A DNA stretch of 56,581 nt. Origin: a virus. Its lineage: Duplodnaviria; Caudoviricetes. The DNA lies in IMG/VR virus record IMGVR_UViG_3300031576_000050, positions 1-56,581 of that record; one strand, 5' to 3'. Positions within the stretch are counted from its first letter, which is position 1, and each line of letters begins with the position of its first letter. The translations under genes and the position numbers were made by a program. Below are positions 9,620-16,474 of the stretch, piece by piece. Under the pieces are notes generated by a model that saw only the letters and a list, made by a program, of their open reading frames with translations, ran no database searches and was not told the DNA's origin.

Positions 9620-10276
9620 TCATGATGTTAATACACGATCAGGCCTGCCGCTATACCATCGGGCTATCGCGCTAGCGATCATGACGCCAGCTTGTGGGAT
9701 TGTCCCAGCCCGAAGTACGCCTTCAATGTGCATGTTATATGGCTGTGACCGGAGTATCACATCAGCCTCAGGGAACCTAGCTGTAGCTTGAGCGTGTAGC
9801 TCTTGCAAGTCTTCCAGCACCGCAGCCACTCTTGTGCCCGCCTGTCTCCACAGCTCTGGGTACTTGTTCTCACCAAACAGCACAGCGTCATACTTGATGC
9901 CGTTCCGCCGCAGCCACTCGCGGGTGTCTGGGTCAATGTTGTCGAGTCGCAGGTACGGTCTGGTGGTACAGATCCATACCTCAGCACCCAGCGCATGAAC
10001 GTCTGCAGCTAGCTTCTGGACGCCATAGTATGCAGGCATGAATCGCTTCAGGCCACCTTGGCGATACGCTAGCTTGCACTCTCGATAAAGCGCGAGTTGC
10101 ACGCCCATGAACTTGTGAAGGCGCAGGCCAGTGTTCAAGTCCTGCGCGCTAGGCATTGGCCGGCCCATCCATTGCTCAGCGAACCACAGGAAATGCGCAT
10201 GATAGTCGCCTAGCGTACCGTCAATGTCTATGGCAACTACAGGCTTCCCCTCGCCATTCCCTCTCACCCTAGCCAT
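9620..10276 (-). CDS. HAD-family 5'(3')-deoxyribonucleotidase-like phosphatase
   Basis: VAIDIDGTL motif I, CTTRP motif II, K and ED motifs. Confidence 0.8.
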   Translation of the reverse strand: MARVRGNGEGKPVVAIDIDGTLGDYHAHFLWFAEQWMGRPMPSAQDLNTGLRLHKFMGVQLALYRECKLAYRQGGLKRFMPAYYGVQKLAADVHALGAEVWICTTRPYLRLDNIDPDTREWLRRNGIKYDAVLFGENKYPELWRQAGTRVAAVLEDLQELHAQATARFPEADVILRSQPYNMHIEGVLRAGTIPQAGVMIASAIARWYSGRPDRVLTS

Positions 10277-11052
10277 TGCGCGACTCGCTCATAAGCCTGG
10301 TGCGATAGCTCGCCTTTCTCCCAACGTCCATAACGGCCTACTCGCAGTATGTTCTTGCCAGTCCAGCAGTCACAGTTTGTAGAGATTGGCTTTACCAGTC
10401 GAGCCACGGCGCCCAACGGTGGCTTGGAATGGAACGGCCATTCAGCTGTCCTGTACCCGAACACATTGCTAGCTCGGTACCATCCGGGCGATGGCTCACC
10501 ATTGCACACTACAGTAAATGGGTCAACTGCTATCGGGCAGGACTCGCCGCGCTCTGGAGCATCCCCCTTTGCCCAGACATCAATAGAGCTGAAGTTATGG
10601 CCCGCTGCACAGAGCTTCCTTGTCGGGATGCTCCAGATAACCTTGTCCTTGGCTCCCCATGGTGGGCTAGCTAGCCATTCAGTGGTCACATCAACATCTG
10701 TGATCCGGTCAGCCATCCACTTCCAAGCCATGTCATAAGCAGCCCTGATATCCCAGGCCAGGTGATTCCCTGCTAGGTTAGCTGGCGAGACATCGAGATT
10801 GGCATTGCCATCAGGCCCATACACCTTCCGCCTGTAGTCATCCACTGACCCAACCAGTGAGTATATGACAGCCCTAGGCGGTTCATCAATCAATAGTCCT
10901 GGGATGCTAGCGTGAAGGTACTGTGCCCCGAACATCTCGCTTTTGCGAAGTCGGGAGTAGATGGACACGTTATATCCGGCATCGGCTGCAGCTACAGCAG
11001 CGAACAGGCCAGCCGGCCCACATCCTAGGATCACCGCACGCTTAGCTCTCAT
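10264..11052 (-). CDS. FAD-dependent oxidoreductase (loosely Glf/HemY-like)
   Basis: AVILGCGPAGLFAA dinucleotide-binding motif, GAQYLH, C-terminal VGRYGRW. Confidence 0.8.
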   Translation of the reverse strand: MRAKRAVILGCGPAGLFAAVAAADAGYNVSIYSRLRKSEMFGAQYLHASIPGLLIDEPPRAVIYSLVGSVDDYRRKVYGPDGNANLDVSPANLAGNHLAWDIRAAYDMAWKWMADRITDVDVTTEWLASPPWGAKDKVIWSIPTRKLCAAGHNFSSIDVWAKGDAPERGESCPIAVDPFTVVCNGEPSPGWYRASNVFGYRTAEWPFHSKPPLGAVARLVKPISTNCDCWTGKNILRVGRYGRWEKGELSHQAYERVAQWLG

Positions 11053-11449
11053 CCTTAACCTCCCATCTGCGCATTGCCTCTGTGCGCACTGCCCCAATGT
11101 CAGGTGCATATGGGTTGATCATGATGGCAAGGCAAGTAGCTATGCCTAATGCTGCGCCCTTGTCCTGATCTTCATACCCTTCACCATCTAGCATGAGACG
11201 TGACACAACTGTATCGAGCTCATCCCACATCATCTCAAATATACTCTTGCCGGCAGGCATGATCTCGCCCTTGTGTAGTATCATATCATGATAGATATCC
11301 CAGATGCGGCGCTCACTGCGGAAGCGAAACACCTGCCTGCCGGGCTCAGGTACAGGCACAAGTTTCATGCCATCTGGATGATGCTGAACCAGGTGTGAGG
11401 CTGCTGCATCATCAACAAGATCAGAGAATGCGATCCCTGGCGCCATCAT
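11042..11449 (-). CDS. hypothetical protein (may be two fused ORFs)
   Basis: ORF between ssb and oxidoreductase; internal AAGGG-ATG at MPAGKS. Confidence 0.55.
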   Translation of the reverse strand: MMAPGIAFSDLVDDAAASHLVQHHPDGMKLVPVPEPGRQVFRFRSERRIWDIYHDMILHKGEIMPAGKSIFEMMWDELDTVVSRLMLDGEGYEDQDKGAALGIATCLAIMINPYAPDIGAVRTEAMRRWEVKDES

Positions 11450-11473
11450 TGCCTTGCCTTGTGATGGCGCCAG
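11437..11473 (-). terminator. 12-bp stem-loop after ssb (terminator or start-codon-sequestering hairpin)
   Basis: CTGGCGCCATCA...TGATGGCGCCAG perfect inverted repeat. Confidence 0.5.
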
Positions 11474-11486
11474 TCCAGACCGTTGG

Positions 11487-12110
11487 CTAGAATGGCGGGT
11501 CATCGTCCTGGTCAGCCTTGGGCTTGCCCCTGCCACCACTCCCAGCCTTAGCTTTCCCTGTCTTAGCAGGCTTTGCGGCGGCTGCGGCCTTCTTAGCGCC
11601 CTTAGCTGGTGCTTCCTCAGCAGCATCCTCGTATGGGAAGTAGCCAGATCCAGCTTTCTCCAGGCGAGACTCATCGTTCCACTCACCACGCCTTACATTA
11701 ACGAGCACACGCAGTTTCCCAGGGAATGACACATCCCCAATCTTTGTGATCAGGCCATCTTCATCAACAATTATGCGGCTGATCAAGTCGCTGCTGCTGA
11801 CGCCGATCGCGGTCTTGAATGCTTTCGCGAATCCAGACGCGCTACGAGTCATGACGACCCGATCCCACATCGGACATCCATCATACTCCGCATGCTTGGG
11901 CTTCCAGGAGCCATCTAGCTCCAGCAGCAAGCTAATCCCCTCGTTACCAGTGCCAAATTTCATGTGCTTTCCGCGCTTAATGTAGAAGCAGTACAGTCCA
12001 CCGGACGGGATCCCCCCTGTGTACGGTTGGAACCCATCAGGTGCCGCATCAATATCCGCAGCAGTCAATGCATTCTCTGGGTCTGATGCCTTCCATTTTA
12101 GCTTAGGCAT
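11487..12110 (-). CDS. single-stranded DNA-binding protein (DUF669-like)
   Basis: Follows the AAA ATPase; Ala/Lys-rich linker and acidic tail ending DDDPPF. Confidence 0.7.
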   Translation of the reverse strand: MPKLKWKASDPENALTAADIDAAPDGFQPYTGGIPSGGLYCFYIKRGKHMKFGTGNEGISLLLELDGSWKPKHAEYDGCPMWDRVVMTRSASGFAKAFKTAIGVSSSDLISRIIVDEDGLITKIGDVSFPGKLRVLVNVRRGEWNDESRLEKAGSGYFPYEDAAEEAPAKGAKKAAAAAKPAKTGKAKAGSGGRGKPKADQDDDPPF

Positions 12111-12967
12111 TACGCTCTCTTTCCTTTGCTAGGCTTGGCAGCCTTCACTGGCTCATATGATGTGTCACACTTCGCCACCAGGTCTTCCATTGTGGCTCCA
12201 TCTGGCACATCTGGTTCCCTAACAGTCGCCCATCGCCCCAAAGCTGTGTACTGATCCTTGGCAAAGTATCGTGTGCCATTCTCAGGATCAATGTAGCTCT
12301 GGAAGAGCAGGCGCCGCACCTGTCTTGGCTCTGCTCTGCCTTTTACGCCAACCTTGGCAATCGCCATGTAGGCAACAACATGCATCAGGCCACATACGTA
12401 GTTGCTGACCTCATATCCCTTGCCCTGGATAGCTGGGTATACCAGAGTCTCCCCATCCTCACCTTCTGGCCGCATTGCGTGTGCAGTGAATAGGACATTG
12501 CAAGGTAGGTCGATCAGGCGAGCGACCCAACCCTTTGTGAAGTTCTGTGTGTTGTAGTAGTCCGGCTTGTCAGGGAGATTGCGGTGGACACGCTTGGCCG
12601 GGTTAGCATCGAATGCCTCAGCAGCATAGCTGAGCAGGAACTTGACATTCATTGTGCTGAGTCCATCAACTACAAGCCAGTCTATCTTCCTGGCCGCGCC
12701 ATCCTCCAACCAATCTGCAGCAGCATTGGCTGTCGCTGTATCTGGGACCAATCTCCCTCTCCCCTGTGTGCCTAGGCGGGCTGCCGAGATATACCCAGGC
12801 TCGCCTGCCAGAAAGAACAGCCTACCCGGTAGCGTCCCTGCTAGGGCTGTCTTCCCACAGCCGCTGTCGCCATACACCAGCCAGTTCTGGCTCTCCGTAG
12901 CACCATCGAGATCGAAGATAGCTTGTTCAAACTCTGTAATCGACATCCCCTGGCGTTCAGTTGCCAC
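12110..12967 (-). CDS. AAA_24 / Sak4-like ATPase
   Basis: VYGDSGCGKT Walker A, LVVDGLS Walker B, VLFTAH, AKDQ. Confidence 0.85.
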   Translation of the reverse strand: MATERQGMSITEFEQAIFDLDGATESQNWLVYGDSGCGKTALAGTLPGRLFFLAGEPGYISAARLGTQGRGRLVPDTATANAAADWLEDGAARKIDWLVVDGLSTMNVKFLLSYAAEAFDANPAKRVHRNLPDKPDYYNTQNFTKGWVARLIDLPCNVLFTAHAMRPEGEDGETLVYPAIQGKGYEVSNYVCGLMHVVAYMAIAKVGVKGRAEPRQVRRLLFQSYIDPENGTRYFAKDQYTALGRWATVREPDVPDGATMEDLVAKCDTSYEPVKAAKPSKGKRA

Positions 12968-13191
12968 TACATATCCTCTCCACAGTAACGACACCTGTGA
13001 GTCTTGGCAGCAGAAGTCTTACAGTTGCCATCACAGCGATGCTGTCTGTATGAGTCTGCACTCATCGTCGGCTGCTTTGATGGCCAAGTCTTGCTGCATA
13101 GCTTGCCAGCCCAAGGGCTGGCGCAGCAGTGCCCAATGGGCTGGGACTTGGCAGATGGCTTCACGCTAGTGACCATGGCTACACCTGCCAC
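12967..13191 (-). CDS. Cys/His-rich hypothetical protein
   Basis: HRC..C..HRCRYC; fills gap in the operon. Confidence 0.5.
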   Translation of the reverse strand: MAGVAMVTSVKPSAKSQPIGHCCASPWAGKLCSKTWPSKQPTMSADSYRQHRCDGNCKTSAAKTHRCRYCGEDM

Positions 13192-13391
13192 TTGACAATG
13201 ACGTTACGAGAGGCCAAATAGTCTCTGATCTTCCCACGCCTCACTGGGCCCAAGCCCGCTACTGCATGGATGTCACCTGTCTCAGCTTCTCGCAGGAGGT
13301 ATACAGTTGGCCAGATATTGCTCACAAACCGCATCTCTGGGCATTCCTGCATCAGCAACTCAGTCCTGATCCGACGCAAGGCTACATCCAT
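13179..13391 (-). CDS. helix-hairpin-helix protein, RNAP alpha-CTD-like
   Basis: TVYLLREAETGDIHAVAGLGPVRRGKIRDYL contains an HhH (hxGhG) motif. Confidence 0.55.
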   Translation of the reverse strand: MDVALRRIRTELLMQECPEMRFVSNIWPTVYLLREAETGDIHAVAGLGPVRRGKIRDYLASRNVIVKWQV

Positions 13392-13570
13392 TGCACGCCT
13401 GCACGCGACACCCAGTGACTGGCTGAGCCAGTCTTTCTGGGCGCCCGGCTGAATGGTACCTGCACAGAGTCTCTCCTCAGCCGCTGCCTCTCTAGCTTCT
13501 CCATTCGCCGCAGCATCTTAGCCTTGACCAGGTCAAGTACAGGTGCTATAGCAACATCAGCCTGCTCCAT
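13382..13570 (-). CDS. hypothetical basic protein
   Basis: Preceded by a predicted promoter and the GAGAGGCCAG motif. Confidence 0.6.
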   Translation of the reverse strand: MEQADVAIAPVLDLVKAKMLRRMEKLERQRLRRDSVQVPFSRAPRKTGSASHWVSRAGVQWM

Positions 13571-13596
13571 CTTTCTGGCCTCTCTGTATATGAATC

Positions 13597-13625
13597 ATCC
13601 TACTAGCTCGCTTAGGCTGCCGCTA
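13597..13625 (-). promoter_or_regulatory. predicted promoter TAGCGG-N17-TAGGAT
   Basis: Member of a six-copy promoter family. Confidence 0.6.
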
Positions 13626-14442
13626 CTGTCCCAAACAATATCCTCCATTGCCCATCTTCAGGATTGCCTCTCCAGGGTGATGAAGAAAACCCATAATCAA
13701 TGACAGCTGTGGCAACTCCGCACAGCGTTCGCTTCAGCTTGATAGCCTTTTCAAAATGAGAGATGCTAGAGTCTGAAAGAATCTTCATTTCAGCCTCAGT
13801 CCAGGGCTGACCTCGCTTCTCTGCATGCTCTATAGTGACCTGCTGCAGCCTTGCTACTGCAGCCTTTCTTCTCATTCTCCCCCTTTCCCTATATGGTAAA
13901 TTGGCGGCATTCCGGCATCTTGCACACTGAGTCGCCCAGCCTCCTCCATGAGTTTTTGGGCTCTTGAACCATTCCTTCCCTAGCAGCAAACCACAGCCAC
14001 GACAAGTTTGTGCTAGTAGCGTCCTTCGACCCATCATGTTTGGAGATTTGTTAAACAAAGTCCGGTAGCTGATATCGCCACGAGCCTGCATCACAAAGAT
14101 ACGAGACTGGACTGCTTCCTCAGTTCTCCCAAGATGCCTTGCAATCTGCAATGCCGTCAATGACTTGAAGGCCCAGAATATGAAGTCTTCGTCATCCTGA
14201 TTCCAGGCTTTGCTAGCCCCATTCGATCCATACTTCGCAGGATTCCTAACCATCCTCCTGCGTGACTCAACGCTGCTGACCGACCCAAGGCCCATGATGA
14301 GCATTGCTTCTTTTTGTGGTAGATGAATTGTATCCCAAATCAATCCAATGTCTCTATCAGTTAATGGTCTTCGCCCACGATGTGGCTCTGAAGGTCTAGG
14401 GACAGATGAAGCAGCAGCCCTGCGCTTGCTAGGAGCATTCAT
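13612..14442 (-). CDS. Myb/HTH-repeat plus C4 zinc-finger DNA-binding protein
   Basis: WNQDDEDFI..IARHLGRTEEAV and WTEAEMKIL..KLKRT repeats; CRGC...CARC. Confidence 0.65.
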   Translation of the reverse strand: MNAPSKRRAAASSVPRPSEPHRGRRPLTDRDIGLIWDTIHLPQKEAMLIMGLGSVSSVESRRRMVRNPAKYGSNGASKAWNQDDEDFIFWAFKSLTALQIARHLGRTEEAVQSRIFVMQARGDISYRTLFNKSPNMMGRRTLLAQTCRGCGLLLGKEWFKSPKTHGGGWATQCARCRNAANLPYRERGRMRRKAAVARLQQVTIEHAEKRGQPWTEAEMKILSDSSISHFEKAIKLKRTLCGVATAVIDYGFSSSPWRGNPEDGQWRILFGTVAAA

Positions 14443-14443
14443 C

Positions 14444-15574
14444 TCACTCGTCCGTACTCTTGCGGTGGTCAGCGTATGGGTCTTCAGTCCGGAATGCCAC
14501 ATCTCGGAGCGACTCCCAGTCGCCTCCACGTTCCTGGAGCTCACATATGCTGAAGAACTGGCAGAAGCGATGGCAGTCGTATGTAGGGACTTTTGTGATC
14601 GGCAGCACCCCATCACGGTATAGCTCCATCGCCATGACATCATTCTGTGCACGCAGTAGCTGGGCCCGACGCTCGGGCGAGGTACGGTGCACATGGTGCC
14701 TCACAAAGAGAGGCTGTGGCTGGATCTTGCTGCGCTCACCAAGTACTGTCAACCCAATCTGCTCTGCCACAGAGACCATCTGTGCCAAGGTGGCTTTCGG
14801 GCTGACAACTGAATCGAGACCAGAGTCATCCGCATTCAACGCGGCCAGGTAGTCTGCCTTCAGTGGCTTGTTGCAGTAATATCCGTCACTGTCCTGCGGG
14901 CGGTCATCTGGCAACCCCTTCCGCAAGAAATTGTACAGGATTCCAGCAATGAACTCTTTTGACCCCAGGATGCCCTCGCGCTGGAGAACTGTGTTTGCCA
15001 CAGCCCAGTACTTGCCGGCCTGCTCATCGAGTGGCAGATGGCCAGTCGATACTGCGCGTGCTGTCTTGTGCTCCTTGAGCCAGACCTTGCCAGTCCGCAG
15101 GTCTCGATACACCAGGTCGAATGTGCCCGCGAGTATCGCCATTGGCCCACTCGGCTGCTCCCATATGCCCTGCTTAGGCCAGGGCAGGTCCAGCGTGAAT
15201 GTGCGCTCTGGCTGGATCACGTCAATGTGATCATCCAGCCCATAGAGCGCACGGTAGCCCTCCAGCATTGCTGTACCAAGTGATGCTGCTGTCTCATACT
15301 TAGCAAGTGACTCCTCTGTCAGGTCGGCAGTCTTCATATAGGCCAGCGCTCCAGCACTGAAGTCCGCCCAAGACTCGGCGGGCTCAACCCCACGTTTCAT
15401 GCCAGGTCCACAGTACCACTCCGCTAGCGCAATGTGCACGCCAGTACCGAACCAAAGCGGCCCAAGCTGCTCGCTACGTGGCCGCAACCCCTCGCGCCAA
15501 CCCCACCACCAGCGGGCTGGGCATCTTTTGAACGCAGTGATCTCTGAGCTTCTCACAAATGGTACTTTGCTCAT
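14444..15574 (-). CDS. Cas4/RecB-like PD-(D/E)xK exonuclease
   Basis: SEITAFKRCP, FGTGVHIALA, AGTFDL..EHKT, C-terminal CHRFCQFFSIC. Confidence 0.85.
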   Translation of the reverse strand: MSKVPFVRSSEITAFKRCPARWWWGWREGLRPRSEQLGPLWFGTGVHIALAEWYCGPGMKRGVEPAESWADFSAGALAYMKTADLTEESLAKYETAASLGTAMLEGYRALYGLDDHIDVIQPERTFTLDLPWPKQGIWEQPSGPMAILAGTFDLVYRDLRTGKVWLKEHKTARAVSTGHLPLDEQAGKYWAVANTVLQREGILGSKEFIAGILYNFLRKGLPDDRPQDSDGYYCNKPLKADYLAALNADDSGLDSVVSPKATLAQMVSVAEQIGLTVLGERSKIQPQPLFVRHHVHRTSPERRAQLLRAQNDVMAMELYRDGVLPITKVPTYDCHRFCQFFSICELQERGGDWESLRDVAFRTEDPYADHRKSTDE

Positions 15575-15598
15575 GTCTGGCCTCTCTATTGTGCTTCG

Positions 15599-15675
15599 CG
15601 TCCCCACCTGGAATCGAACCAGGATACGCTGTCCACATGATGGATTGCTTAGCTCTGCCATTGAGCTATGGGGAA
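15599..15675 (-). tRNA. atypical tRNA-like element (possible CAT anticodon; no encoded CCA)
   Basis: Acceptor TCCCCA/TGGGGA, D-arm TAGCTCAATGGCAGAGC, T-arm CCTGG-TTCGATT-CCAGG; anticodon arm non-canonical. Confidence 0.6.
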
Positions 15676-15746
15676 CCATGCCCAGGAGTCTCTTTCCCGC
15701 AGTCGCTACGCCACTATATGCGCACTGGGCCTAGTAGGGTCGAATG

Positions 15747-16226
15747 TCAGAAGGGCGCCTTGGCGCCGCTACGGGCAGCCTTCTTCACAGCCTTGCCTGG
15801 CTTGGCCTCGACCGGCGGCGCAGCTTCCTCATCGTCGCCGTCATCGTCACCGTCATCATCATCGTCAGGCTCGACTGCCGTTTTGGCTACTGCCTTTTTG
15901 CCCTTGCCCTTCTTGCCCTTGGGTGCAGCCTCAGCCGCAGCTGCCTTCTTGGCAGCCCGCTGCTCAGCCTTCTCAGCCTTGTCGGCCTGGTTCTCAGGCG
16001 ACTGCTGGAACTGGATGCGCAGTGCCGTGCCGAGTCGGATGCCCTCATCGAAAGCAGCCTCTTCTTTCTTGGAGCTGAACTCAAGGCCCAGCTGCTCCTT
16101 GACCCAGACAGCGAAGCGCGCCTGGAGATCAGTGGCCGGCTTGTCCTTGTAGTCGCTGTAGTCAAGCTCCTCGTCAGTCTCCTCAACTTCCTCGACTTCC
16201 TCGACCACAGCTGCCTTCTTAGCCAT
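15747..16226 (-). CDS. highly charged Lys/Ala- and Asp/Glu-rich protein (putative nucleic-acid binder)
   Basis: Own predicted promoter at 16268-16297 and purine-rich SD; in frame with the helicase in this assembly. Confidence 0.7.
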   Translation of the reverse strand: MAKKAAVVEEVEEVEETDEELDYSDYKDKPATDLQARFAVWVKEQLGLEFSSKKEEAAFDEGIRLGTALRIQFQQSPENQADKAEKAEQRAAKKAAAAEAAPKGKKGKGKKAVAKTAVEPDDDDDGDDDGDDEEAAPPVEAKPGKAVKKAARSGAKAPF

Positions 16227-16267
16227 TGCTTTGCCCTTGCCCTTCTTGTCCCTGGGTAGATTCTCTG

Positions 16268-16297
16268 ATCCTACTAGATCTGTTGTGGTTGCCGCTA
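16268..16297 (-). promoter_or_regulatory. predicted promoter TAGCGG-N18-TAGGAT
   Basis: Shares TAGCGGCA and CTAGTAGGAT with the 13597-13625 promoter. Confidence 0.6.
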
Positions 16298-16474
16298 GCG
16301 CGTCAGCCGGATTCGCCTGAGCCTTACTCCGTGCGGCCTTTCCTCGGTCACCTGCGCCGTCAGCCTGGCGTGCCTGGCGTGCTGCGCTCGTGTCCTCCGT
16401 ACTCCTAGGTGCCAGCTCATCAGAGCGCAGCATACTAGACTTGTCACCCACAGCAAGACTAGACCCACTACCAT
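16295..16474 (-). CDS. 59-aa single-TM membrane protein (MVVGLVLLWVTSLVCCALMSW...)
   Basis: Translated by hand; AAGGAG SD 5 nt before ATG; hydrophobic N-terminus and Arg-rich tail. Confidence 0.6.
   Translation of the reverse strand: MVVGLVLLWVTSLVCCALMSWHLGVRRTRAQHARHARLTAQVTEERPHGVRLRRIRLTR

Noticed and set aside
14444-15574. CRISPR-Cas system, suggested by the Cas4-like gene
   Set aside because: No repeat-spacer array or other cas genes seen; the nuclease-AAA-SSB context is a standard phage recombination module.
15575-15679. N-terminal extension of the Cas4-like ORF to 15679
   Set aside because: It overlaps the tRNA-like element; ATG 15574 has the conserved start motif.
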